DNA of 64,000 nucleotides from Alphaproteobacteria bacterium (GTDB lineage Bacteria; Pseudomonadota; Alphaproteobacteria; G965222575): NCBI GenBank assembly GCA_965222575.1, contig OZ244958.1, positions 320,001 to 384,000 of the forward strand, read 5' to 3'. Shown piece by piece: positions 39,301 to 47,956 of this stretch (position 1 is its first letter; each line of letters starts with the position of its first letter). The notes under the pieces were generated by a model. It saw only the letters and a program-made list of their open reading frames with translations, ran no database searches and was not told where the DNA came from. The position numbers and the translations under genes were made by a program.

Positions 39301-39638
39301 GTTTAGAGGGGCAATGGAGGGTTAGTGAAGAGGGGGACAGAGTGACTTTTGGCTTTAGCAGACCGCTTAGGTCTACTTTAGACATGGGGGTTTGGGATAT
39401 GGGTATCGATGAGGAAGGGCATTATCTATGGGATTTAAAACCTAGGGCACCTTCTGGGTCTGAGCGTTTGTTCTTTTTGAGCTATGAGAAAAGCGGGACA
39501 ATTCAGAGTCTTAAGCTTCTTGGAGGGTTACGGTTGGAGCGGGGCAGTTTTACCGGAAAGATTTTTCTCCTTTTCCTTTTCTTATGCAATTTGATAGACC
39601 TCTTTGGCAATGACACCATGAAAGGAAGTTTTCATTGA
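36324..39638 (+). CDS. S8 subtilisin-like serine protease domain plus a C-terminal beta-strand-rich (barrel-like) region; last fragment of the giant gene
   Basis: Catalytic triad VGVLDS, FHGTIVSRIIA and GTSMATPMVAGAAALL; ADDIGAPGVDEVFGHGLLN; the frame is open from about 36324. Confidence 0.85.
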   Translation, partial: QANNAQLDSDYNDAKNKRQAENALDEIIDILYDIQTTQDTITATDIQTKAGNAKRKAGTIRGISNGINHYFQKAEAIIDNERRMPAPSIPDPRGATETRDPEVLHSQNVNTAEYIIDYVNDTKWLANRADILVNEIEAIATYAENAEKAFPAGFTKDKFTVFSYVKPKYKRKTGNDESFIYVWGQIYSNEDFPDISYNVYLWENLRKRGEHTVKVKTSKMIYLGWSKPYHPKPDSHWDKTTWSSLSKDEAQAVYDERYENAFQHIGYRYNVEIFDMIGVAHAYARGITGKGVVVGVLDSHFVEKLMKGMVVTDDSWNDVKLPSLDKDRDFHGTIVSRIIASGKTHYSGNTDEDLVASMVGIWPHGVAYNAKIFPLDTSRYHTRAVAIGNFGVTTLENVPIDDIRKDVNSDFALFHKHKNDIDIVNMSVADTKNQENSTLEQLIEYFTDEGILVVSALGNTKSTNRTPSTPAARAHLPKFNGRYIVVGSADIRDAFVWQKDPSLEVENYALQVERVHRTKSAASSRWCRTAKDFCLFAPVVVEPQRMVHIAEVERTRRSGPDAGTPSYYVTPRSSYGFFSNPGPGFVWHPHTDGRSVDPDGFKKSLDSAGEYYYTHAGGSLGQLETNNPALGTSMATPMVAGAAALLMERWPSLAPEDIAQVLLQTADDIGAPGVDEVFGHGLLNIRQALSSVGVEKVAAIGSVSSSTASAVPITPKLSFIVPSSLGDALHNQPLSITVLDDFNRDFSYSLYGGFLGFAQVKSLQFFVPAGKQVATRHTLFGGRLNLHLQYWQTPGLDVPLPDELQQIMEQKSSEEAKRSLGLSFSWRASGTLYRFGLGTKAKGKPYIAGETVLGLYHSMPQETQITPNYSLSVQRSVKNVGNVTLGLTMANRQYVEHFDQSYSPGGYRLYVAYSHYPIQLETGYIQDFRSVAGITGRELLDVGHGKTLYLNLQTSLHFRSVTFLGSYYVSRAVSAEADSGWFKKLEVLSRSFGLEGQWRVSEEGDRVTFGFSRPLRSTLDMGVWDMGIDEEGHYLWDLKPRAPSGSERLFFLSYEKSGTIQSLKLLGGLRLERGSFTGKIFLLFLFLCNLIDLFGNDTMKGSFH

Positions 39639-39749
39639 GGACATGGACATGAATCTATTTCCCCTTTTACCGTGTCTTAAATCTGCCAAGACCTGTATTG
39701 CAACTATCACAAATAAAGTCTCTTATGTTACCCGTATGGTGGTCGTGGT

Positions 39750-40310
39750 CGTCCCTGGTTTTTCGACGGGTCATTTAGCGCATCACCAAGTCGAGAGCTT
39801 GTTCCACCGGACGTGTCCTTTTTTCGCGGGACACAATATATACGACGCATCCCGGCGGAGTCTTGAAGCACTTCGGTCCCATTCGTACCAGAAAGCCAAC
39901 CAGTTACAAGTCCTTGGTGGTTGCCGTAGCACAGCGGGGTTCATAGAAAAGACAGAACTTTTACGCGGATTGAAGTCCTGGATGAGCTTCTTACGCTGGC
40001 TAGAGTTGCCCCAGTTCTTGCCTGACTTCACCTGCGCGATGGTTCGCGCTCTCATCGTATTCGAGGTCTATACCGGATGTGCTGGACTTTCTCCCGTCTT
40101 TGGCATGTTTGCAGACCGTGATGGCGCAGCATTTGATACACCTCTTTGGCACGCATGTGGGCCAGCAGACGCGGGCCCGGAACAGAAACGGATTCTTGGT
40201 AGCTAGGTTTCGCCGACGACTGGCCGGTGAGCTTTGCTTTCACCTTCCCCGCGAACAACGCGACGCGGGCGTGGGTCACTCTCGGCGTACTGCCACCAAT
40301 AGGTGGACAT
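39750..40310 (-). pseudogene. Decayed PmeII/EcoO109I-like type II restriction endonuclease
   Basis: Fragments across frames: LATKNPFLFRAR, GEKSSTSGIDLEY, QVKSGKNWGNSSQRKKL, CYG. Confidence 0.6.
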
Positions 40311-41033
40311 GGCTTTCCACGCTTCCGCCATCGCATCGCAATAGTCCTGCTTGGTGTCGATGCCAATGGCGTCCCTTCCCAATTCGAGCGCCGCCAACAA
40401 TGCTTACCTGCGAACGGATCCTGGCACGGTGTCTCCCTTGTCCGTGAACAGCTTGATGAACCATGCTGGCAGTGCTTCGGGAATGCGGCGGGATGCCCCT
40501 TGAAGCCACACTCAGTCGCCTGCAACACGTTCGTGGGGTATGCCATTTCGCGCCCGATCCAGTTCTCGACCCGCTTGCTGAAGCCGTTTTCGTACTTCGA
40601 TTCGTCTCGGGTGCGATCAGTGTCGGACAGGTTCCGCAACCGTGCGTCCTTCCAGTCGCACCTTACCTCTTCCTGCCGTTTGAACCTGGGGCTAACCGTG
40701 AAATGGAGCAGACGAATCACGGAAGCCATTTGCCGGGATAGCAGTTCCTCAGCAATATTCGTCGACGAGCCGCCACCCCTGCTCCCGGCGCATGGACAGA
40801 ACCAGATCACATAGGGAGCTTCTCGGTTGTTCTTGACGCATGACCCGTCCTCGGCCAAGGAATCGCGTATTCGGCACGTGGTCAAGGAACCATGTCGACG
40901 TATTTGTCCGGGTGGACGCCGCCGTAGTTTCCCGCCCGTTGATCGGCGTAGGGTGGTGATGTGACACCAGATTCACTGATCCGTGCTGCAGAACGTCCAG
41001 GCAGTCGCCGTGGATGATCCGCGCCACGCTCAT
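40276..41033 (-). pseudogene. Decayed N4/N6 site-specific DNA methyltransferase (beta class)
   Basis: IIHGDCLDVL..GSVNLV, AYPTNVL..ATECG.KGHPAAFP, DPFAG and LELGRDAIGID spread over several frames; high GC. Confidence 0.8.
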
Positions 41034-41225
41034 GCCTTCACCACTTCCGCGGACAGTTGCCCTTTATTCTAGGACAGCCGCTGCCGTGCACCTGCATCAA
41101 GTAATTCTTGAAACCATTGTCTTGTATGGGAGTGTCTTACCTGCTTAGGATAGCGCGTATACTACACTGAGATAAACAAGAAAATCAAAACATTTTGTTT
41201 ATTGATGTCTGCTATTTTTTTACAG

Positions 41226-41311
41226 CGGAGAGAGAGGGATTCGAACCCTCGGTACGCATAACGCACAACGGTTTTCGAGACCGCCCCATTCAACCACTCT
41301 GGCATCTCTCC
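41226..41311 (-). tRNA. tRNA-Ser (CGA)
   Basis: GGAGAGATGCCAGAGTGGTTGAATGGGGCGGTCT-CGA-AAACCG...long variable arm...GGGTTCGAATCCCTCTCTCTCCG; CCA is not encoded. Confidence 0.95.
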
Positions 41312-41410
41312 ATACCTATCATACTACACAAATCAACAAACCACACCTTACCTCTTCTGTTTAAGACAGCTCCTCTCCCCCACAGATATCGGTTGATTCT
41401 TGACGCAAGT

Positions 41411-42634
41411 CTACGGCTTAGAATCCCTCTCAAGCAGATTGTCCATACTTTGGATAACGCTTTCACTTGCAGAGAGCGCTTCTTCTGTTTTCTGCGCTAT
41501 ATACTGCCAAGTCTTTACCTCTTGCTGATCCGTTGTTGAAGGCAAAGTCTCAAGCTGCTTATTGGCAATGTCAAAAATTTTTCGCAACTGCTCCGCCTGT
41601 AAGTCAATAGAATCCATATCTTCAAACACTTGTGTGCTCTCAAGTGCCTTTAGATTTGCGCTTTCAATCTCTTTTTGCGCAACGAGTTCATCACACTTTT
41701 GTTGAAGTTCCTCATTCGTGTAGGATTTTGTCCTCGCAAGAACCTCTCCCATAGCCTCACCGCGTTGAAACTTCAACTCCGCATAGGCTTGCGGAGATTT
41801 TTCCTTCTGTACAGCACTATTAAGCTTTCTGAACTTTGATAACACTTGCAGATCTGCCATGGTCGCAGGATTACTCCCTAGTTTCATGTTCTGCTGTAAT
41901 CGTTGTATTTCCTTATCAAGTGCGCGAATGTTCGCTTTTCCTTTCTTGGTCTGCGCTCGTACTCCAGAGTCTAACGATATCCCGCTACACTGACCAAGCA
42001 ATTTTAAATTTTGATGCTGCCGTAACTTCGAACAAAATGACCCAAAATGACGGGCAGCTCTTTGTGAGGCCTCAGGGCTATGCCTATTCAACCCTTTCAT
42101 ATCACTAAAAATCTTCCCCATGTCCTCAGATAAAGACTGCTCAAGAGCGTCCATGTTCCTAAAACCCTTCGCTAAGTCTTCTGTGTTCTTCATGGGAACA
42201 CCCTCTTCCCTCAGACAATCAATGGCCTTGGAAGCCTCCTGATCTTGACCAAATCTTACCTCTAAATTATACCGATCTTTTAATTCTCGTTTGCCCGACA
42301 GCCCACTATCATACTGATGAAAAGCAAAGGCAGCAACTTTCAAGTCTCTAGCATGAAGAGGCTTATCAAGTGCTATAAAGTCACCAAGCACAGCGTTCAC
42401 ATCCCCCTTTGACCATTTATGAAGTGATACCTCCTGAAAATGTTTTCTAATGGCGTCTTGTACTTTATGATTCTGAGTCGCAACTTGACTCTTACTAGAA
42501 AATTTCGTCTTAACCCAAAAAGACATTCTATCCTTCAAAGAGGACAAGCTCTTCAGTTGTTGAGTCTTCTTATCTAAGACTACAAAATCGTGACCCCTAG
42601 CATGAGCAACAGAAGAAGGCAGTGTTACAGGCAT
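41411..42634 (-). CDS. Hypothetical protein, paralogue B3; candidate T3SS effector
   Basis: Shared N-terminal domain FVV.DKKTQ.LK.L....R..FWVKTK.S.K.Q.A..N..VQ...KPL..RDL, then a coiled coil. Confidence 0.72.
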   Translation of the reverse strand: MPVTLPSSVAHARGHDFVVLDKKTQQLKSLSSLKDRMSFWVKTKFSSKSQVATQNHKVQDAIRKHFQEVSLHKWSKGDVNAVLGDFIALDKPLHARDLKVAAFAFHQYDSGLSGKRELKDRYNLEVRFGQDQEASKAIDCLREEGVPMKNTEDLAKGFRNMDALEQSLSEDMGKIFSDMKGLNRHSPEASQRAARHFGSFCSKLRQHQNLKLLGQCSGISLDSGVRAQTKKGKANIRALDKEIQRLQQNMKLGSNPATMADLQVLSKFRKLNSAVQKEKSPQAYAELKFQRGEAMGEVLARTKSYTNEELQQKCDELVAQKEIESANLKALESTQVFEDMDSIDLQAEQLRKIFDIANKQLETLPSTTDQQEVKTWQYIAQKTEEALSASESVIQSMDNLLERDSKP

Positions 42635-42679
42635 GAGGGTTCGTTAGGGGTAGAGTTCCGTATGAGCATGTTGTGTCTC

Positions 42680-44053
42680 TCAATCTCCTAAGACAGATAT
42701 CATGTCCTGAAGGGCTTGCGAGCTCCTATTCATTGAAAATGCTAACCAGGATTCCACATCCTCTAGTGCAGGCTTGATATGTTGTTCCTCCTCTCCTAAG
42801 TTTGCCCCTAAGTCATGGATTAGAACTTCTATGCTTCTTAATTGTTGTAGGTTCGAAGACAGCGTATTGATATCTTCTTGCCACCCTTGGACATTTTTTT
42901 CTAAAGATTCAAGCTTGAGCCGTTCCTGCTGTGTTTCCTCAAGAAGTGCTGCCTGCTTGTGCAAAGCGGATCGAAGATCGTCTTTTGCGGTTGAAAGGCC
43001 TTTTAGGAGTTTGTCTTTCTCATTACAAAGGGCATCAGCCACTTCCATAGATCCTTCCTTTCCGATGCGTTTCTCAAGAGCTTTGACAGCTTTGAGTGTT
43101 TTCTTTTTCGCATCTGGATGTGCTGCTGGTTTTAATTGCGTTTCAATTTTCTCTCTCTTATCACAAAGGGCATCAGCCACTTCCATAGATTCTTCCTCTT
43201 CGATACGTTTCTCAAGAGTTTTGACGGCTTTGAGTGTTTTCTTTTCCGCATCTGGATGTGCTGCTGGTTTTAATTGTGTTTCAATTTTCTCTTTTAGTTG
43301 CTCACTCTGTTTGGTTAAGCTCCCAATTTTCTTTTGCCCTTCCGTTAGGAGAACAGAAGCCCCTTTCTCCGGTGCCGTACCATGGAGATAGTGCTCAAGA
43401 ATTTTCAGATTTTGCTGCTGGCGCATACCCCCACAAAGCATTTTCAAGCGATGCATCACCCCCACCTTATCCAAATCCAATGACTCAGGGGTAGCACCCT
43501 TCAGGTCTTTTAATGCCTCTTCACAAACCTTCTGGTTAAGAGGAATCTTCTGCTCAATAAAAGAAAGCTTCTTTAGTTGCTTCTCAAGGTCATTGATTGT
43601 GTACAAAGAAAAGTCTTTTTCTTTTAGAATCTTAACAGCCGCCTGCGCTTCAGGGCAATCCTTGAACACCGACTCTAAGTTATGAGCTTCTTTTAACTCT
43701 TTCCCTGGCGAGAGCATGTCTTTTTGTTGGAATTGCAAAGCGGCAAACTTCAAGTCTCTAGCACGAAGAGGCTTCCCTCCACCAAGGGAACCTTTCAAGA
43801 ATGTCTTGATTTCCCCCGCTTCCCACTTATATGAAGCATTCTCAGATAAGCACTTTCTGAAAGCCTTTTGCACCGCTTCATTGCGGGCCGCCACTTGACT
43901 CTTTGTGGAGAGCTTTGTCTTGACCCAAAAACAAGAACGTTGGTAAAGAGAATTCAGTGCCTTCAGGTTTTGCGTCTTTTTATCCACAACAACAAAAGAC
44001 TGCTCCTTAGCCTCGGCAATGCTCTTCGGAATGAACGCTCCTACCTGTACCAC
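42680..44053 (-). CDS. Hypothetical protein, paralogue B2; candidate T3SS effector
   Basis: Same N-terminal domain; internal 138-bp duplication (about 43025-43292). Confidence 0.72.
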   Translation of the reverse strand: MVQVGAFIPKSIAEAKEQSFVVVDKKTQNLKALNSLYQRSCFWVKTKLSTKSQVAARNEAVQKAFRKCLSENASYKWEAGEIKTFLKGSLGGGKPLRARDLKFAALQFQQKDMLSPGKELKEAHNLESVFKDCPEAQAAVKILKEKDFSLYTINDLEKQLKKLSFIEQKIPLNQKVCEEALKDLKGATPESLDLDKVGVMHRLKMLCGGMRQQQNLKILEHYLHGTAPEKGASVLLTEGQKKIGSLTKQSEQLKEKIETQLKPAAHPDAEKKTLKAVKTLEKRIEEEESMEVADALCDKREKIETQLKPAAHPDAKKKTLKAVKALEKRIGKEGSMEVADALCNEKDKLLKGLSTAKDDLRSALHKQAALLEETQQERLKLESLEKNVQGWQEDINTLSSNLQQLRSIEVLIHDLGANLGEEEQHIKPALEDVESWLAFSMNRSSQALQDMISVLGD

Positions 44054-44158
44054 ACTTACTCCCCTGTTAACTTCATAATCTCAAGAGCACCTTACAGGAA
44101 AAATCTTAACAAAATAGGCACATTCTTCTCCTTTAACGCCCGCCATGGAGAAAGCCCT

Positions 44159-45115
44159 CTATGTTTCCAACAGCACAGCCATATTCTTGAAAGTTTGTTC
44201 GCCTTTGTGAACGGCTTCTCCTGCGAGTTTAGCCAGTTCTCCATAGCAGGCGTCTTGTTTCTCTCCTCCAAAGGTAATAGACCAGTGGAGGTCTTCTAAC
44301 CACTTTGTTTGCACGGCTACAATGTTCATATCCTCTTTCCATTGTTTGACAATCTCCTTGCTAGGGCGTATTTTTGCTTCTTCTGATGCTAAAGTGCTTA
44401 AGAGTTTCTTTCTCTCGACCACGCCTTCATCATCTTGTCCTGTTTTCTGAATCTGGGTTTTCAAGCGGTCAATTTCTCCCTGAATGGCCGATAAACCAGT
44501 AGGAGGAGTTGTGCCATTGATTTGATGACGCAGTAACTTAAGATATTGGTATTCCCGTATTTTACTACATAAGACTTTCAGGGAAAGACTGGCATTGTGC
44601 GCGGCGTCTTTTACCTCCTGCGGGGCGCTTCCTTTGAGCTCTTTGAGGTCTTCTTTACAGGTATCAAGACAGCCATTAAGAGTCGTTTTCAAGCCTTTAA
44701 GACTATCAAAACGTTTTTGCCTGTCTGTTGCATCCATAATGACGACCCCCTCTTTTTTAAGCACCTCATTTGGGAATTGGACATCCCGTTTGCTTGCAAA
44801 TGAGCTGACAACTGTGTTTAAGTCTCTCACGCGCAAGGGCTTATGAGTCGGTATTTTCTGAAAAAGCCCCTGAAGTTCTTTGTGCGACAATAACTTGCTT
44901 TGCTCAAAATATTCTTTGACAGCAGATTGTACTTTTTGATTACGCTTGGCAATTTGATTTTTTGTGGAGAATTTTGTCTTGACCCAAAAATTCAATCTTC
45001 CGCCTAAAGAGCAAAGAGCCTTCAAGGTTTGTGTTTTTTTATCAACAACAATAAACGCCTGCTGTTTAGCATTAGCAATACCAGAAGGAAGAAGATTCAA
45101 AGAAACAGAAGACAC
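44159..45115 (-). CDS. Hypothetical protein, paralogue B1; candidate T3SS effector
   Basis: Same N-terminal domain as B2 and B3. Confidence 0.72.
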   Translation of the reverse strand: MSSVSLNLLPSGIANAKQQAFIVVDKKTQTLKALCSLGGRLNFWVKTKFSTKNQIAKRNQKVQSAVKEYFEQSKLLSHKELQGLFQKIPTHKPLRVRDLNTVVSSFASKRDVQFPNEVLKKEGVVIMDATDRQKRFDSLKGLKTTLNGCLDTCKEDLKELKGSAPQEVKDAAHNASLSLKVLCSKIREYQYLKLLRHQINGTTPPTGLSAIQGEIDRLKTQIQKTGQDDEGVVERKKLLSTLASEEAKIRPSKEIVKQWKEDMNIVAVQTKWLEDLHWSITFGGEKQDACYGELAKLAGEAVHKGEQTFKNMAVLLET

Positions 45116-45228
45116 AGTGACTTAAGACAAGATTTGTACCCCAATCCTAAAGAAAAAGTCCTAAGAAACTCTATATTGCTTGCGGAGGGGGGGGTTCTTT
45201 ACGCTCTCAGGCACGGGTGAGCGTATGG

Positions 45229-45257
45229 CGGAAGAGCAAAACGCCCTTTCTCTTCCG
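45229..45257 (-). terminator. Possible hairpin downstream of gltA
   Basis: CGGAAGAG-N13-CTCTTCCG inverted repeat just after the gltA stop; no clear U-tract. Confidence 0.35.
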
Positions 45258-45262
45258 TGTTA

Positions 45263-46522
45263 TTAAAGGGAGCGTCTTGTGTTACCGGTATAGAGTTGTC
45301 TGGGTCGTCCGATTTTGAGTGCTGGGGTTTCAAGCATTTCGTGGTAATGAGAAAACCATCCCACAGAGCGTGCTAAAGCGAAGAGGACGGTAAAGAAGGA
45401 TTTATCGAATCCTATAGCGCGCAGGATAACGCCGGAATAGAAGTCCACATTAGGATAGAGTTTTCTATCGATGAAGTATTCGTCTTGTAAGGCGGCTTTT
45501 TCCAGTGCGGCGGCTGTTTGGAAAAGTTGTATGCCTTTTTTATCGAGTTTTCCAAGGATGGTACGACAGAATTTTTGGAGAATTTGGGAGCGGGGGTCAA
45601 AATTTTTATAGACTCTATGTCCGAAGCCCATGAGTCGAAAGGGATTTTTTTTATCTTTAGCCTGTTTGATACAGTCTTGAATGTTCTGAATGTTTTCAAG
45701 CATGGTGACGACGGCTTCGTTGGCACCGCCGTGGGAGGAGCCCCATAAAGAGGCAACACCCCCTGCGAGACAGGCATAAGGGTGCGCTAAGGAGGAGCCT
45801 GCTAGGCGTACTGTTGAGGTGGAGGCATTTTGTTCGTGGTCGGCATGGAGAATGAGAAATTGTTCAAAGGCTTCAATGAAGTCCTGTTCCGGAGGCTCAT
45901 CAAAGCACAGAGACAAAAAATTCTCTGAAAAGCCCTTATCATGTTGAGAGGTGAGACTCCTGTAAGATACCCCTTCTCCATGTCTGTAAATCATGGCGCA
46001 GAGAAGAGGCACTTGTTTCAGAAGAGTGTAGAAGAGTTTATGTCTATTTTTCCCTAGAAGAAAATTCTCTTGATGAAACCCGCTCATTGCCGCCATACAC
46101 GTGCAAAGCTTCGCCATAGGATGCGCTTTCTTAGGCAGTCCTTTAAGAACACTTGTCATCCCCTCCGATACACTAGGAGCGTTAGCAATATCATTAAGAA
46201 ACTCTGTTTTTTGCGTCCTAGTTGGTAACTCTCCGTAGAACACTAAAAAACTCACATCATAAAAATCACAAAACACCACAAGTTTCTCAATAGGATAGCC
46301 TCTGTATAATAACTCCCCTTTGATGCCATCTACAAAAGTAATGGCTGAGTCGCAACTAACAGTAGCCCCAAAAGACGGGTCATAGGCAAAATAGCCTAAA
46401 GTGCGCGGAATATCACGCACATCAATGACATCCTTGCCTAAAGTAGGACTGTAAATCGGCGCACTAACCGTGCGTCCTGTCTTTTCATCTTTTAAGAGAA
46501 TTTTCTTTGGCACTGACAACAA
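45263..46522 (-). CDS. gltA: Citrate synthase
   Basis: ILHADHEQNASTSTVR, HGGANEA, GFGHRVYKNFDPR, YPNVDFYSG. Confidence 0.97.
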   Translation of the reverse strand: MLSVPKKILLKDEKTGRTVSAPIYSPTLGKDVIDVRDIPRTLGYFAYDPSFGATVSCDSAITFVDGIKGELLYRGYPIEKLVVFCDFYDVSFLVFYGELPTRTQKTEFLNDIANAPSVSEGMTSVLKGLPKKAHPMAKLCTCMAAMSGFHQENFLLGKNRHKLFYTLLKQVPLLCAMIYRHGEGVSYRSLTSQHDKGFSENFLSLCFDEPPEQDFIEAFEQFLILHADHEQNASTSTVRLAGSSLAHPYACLAGGVASLWGSSHGGANEAVVTMLENIQNIQDCIKQAKDKKNPFRLMGFGHRVYKNFDPRSQILQKFCRTILGKLDKKGIQLFQTAAALEKAALQDEYFIDRKLYPNVDFYSGVILRAIGFDKSFFTVLFALARSVGWFSHYHEMLETPALKIGRPRQLYTGNTRRSL

Positions 46523-46549
46523 TCCGCCACTACTTGTATGAAGCTTTCA

Positions 46550-47881
46550 TTATAGACATTGTTTCACTCTCTTAATAGTCTCTTTTTGTCCTAAGGCGTA
46601 CAAGATAGCAGTAATGCCTAAGGGGTTAGGGTGTCCAGTGAGGACAATTCTTAAAGGGTGCGCTAAGTCTCTTAAGGAAATGTTGTGGGTGTTGATGAGC
46701 TGATGCAGGGCTTCTTTGAGGGTTGGTGGGGTCCAAGAGGGGAGTTTTTGTAACGTGGTGAGCAACGCTTTGAGATTGTGGCGTGTGCCTTCATTGAAGA
46801 GAGGGCATGGGGGGGGGTTCTGTTGCCGTAAGAAGGAGGAGAGATGGTCTAGGTCTTTTAGGGAATGGGTGCGTTTTAAGGCTTCTGGCAAGAGGAGAGA
46901 GAGGCGTTTTTTTTCTTGTTGTGACAAAGGCGTTTTTGTGTAGGCCTCTAGGCGGTGACAGAGTGTAGAAGCATCCATAGTTTGGAGAAGTTTTCTATTA
47001 AGAGCCAAGAGTTTGTCTTCAGAGAATCGGGCAGAGGCTCTGTGTAGCTTCTTCAAGTCAAACAATAAAGCAGCGTCTTCCAAAGAGATAAGCTCCGCAT
47101 CTCCTCGGCGCCACCCTAGTTGAAAAAGAGCGTTATGCAAAGCAAGAGGAAGAAAGCCTTCCCGTTGGTACACTCTCACATCTTTAGCACCATGTCGTTT
47201 GGAAAGCTTGCGTCCATCAGCGCTGCAAATGAGAGGAATATGCGCCATGTTCGGCGGAGTCCAGCCTAAGGCATCATAGACTTGTATCTGTCGTGCCGCA
47301 TTGATGAGATGGTCTGTGCCTCTGAGAATATGCGTAATCCCCATATCATGGTCATCCACCACAACACAGAGCATATAAGTAGGAGTTTCATCAGAACGCA
47401 ATAAAACCATATCATCCAAATGTTGGGCTTGAATCACAACCTGTCCCTGTACAGCATCAGCAATCACCACTTTTCCTTTTACAGGGGCTTTGAATCTGAG
47501 GGCTGTTTTGGCACTTTGAGTAAGGCAGCGCTGACGGCATTTTCTCTGATATCCTTCCTCTGTTCCAGCAGGAGGGGGACAATCACACCAATAGGCATAG
47601 CCTTTTTTGAAAAGCCGAAACGCCACTTCTCTGTGGCGCTTCTGTTGTTGCGACTGATAGAAAATCTCCCGCCAGTCTAAACCAAGCCATTGCAAACCCT
47701 CTAAAATGGACTCCCCATAGCGCTCTTCACCACGTACCACATCGGTATCTTCCATGCGTAAGAAAAACGCACCCCCAAAATGACGGGCTAAAAGCCAGTT
47801 AAACAAAGCCGTGCGGACACTCCCTAAATGAAGAAAGCCCGTCGGTGAAGGAGCAAAACGCGTTCTCATCATCAATGTCAT
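46550..47881 (-). CDS. gltX: Glutamate--tRNA ligase
   Basis: RFAPSPTGFLHLG and KLSKRHG. Confidence 0.95.
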   Translation of the reverse strand: MTLMMRTRFAPSPTGFLHLGSVRTALFNWLLARHFGGAFFLRMEDTDVVRGEERYGESILEGLQWLGLDWREIFYQSQQQKRHREVAFRLFKKGYAYWCDCPPPAGTEEGYQRKCRQRCLTQSAKTALRFKAPVKGKVVIADAVQGQVVIQAQHLDDMVLLRSDETPTYMLCVVVDDHDMGITHILRGTDHLINAARQIQVYDALGWTPPNMAHIPLICSADGRKLSKRHGAKDVRVYQREGFLPLALHNALFQLGWRRGDAELISLEDAALLFDLKKLHRASARFSEDKLLALNRKLLQTMDASTLCHRLEAYTKTPLSQQEKKRLSLLLPEALKRTHSLKDLDHLSSFLRQQNPPPCPLFNEGTRHNLKALLTTLQKLPSWTPPTLKEALHQLINTHNISLRDLAHPLRIVLTGHPNPLGITAILYALGQKETIKRVKQCL

Positions 47882-47956
47882 GGCCTAAAACCTCTCTTTC
47901 TGTGATATCCTACCTTCACACCTAACAGTGTATCTCAGAACAAGACATCTCTTCAA

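Noticed and set aside
39643-40814. Plus-strand ORFs 39643..40206 and 40227..40814
   Set aside because: They are antisense to the decayed R-M genes and carry no recognisable motifs.
45182-45198. Possible att duplicate of the tRNA-Ser 3' end (gcggagggggggggttc)
   Set aside because: The match is short, low-complexity and has several mismatches. It lies on the 5' side of the tRNA, and no integrase is present.
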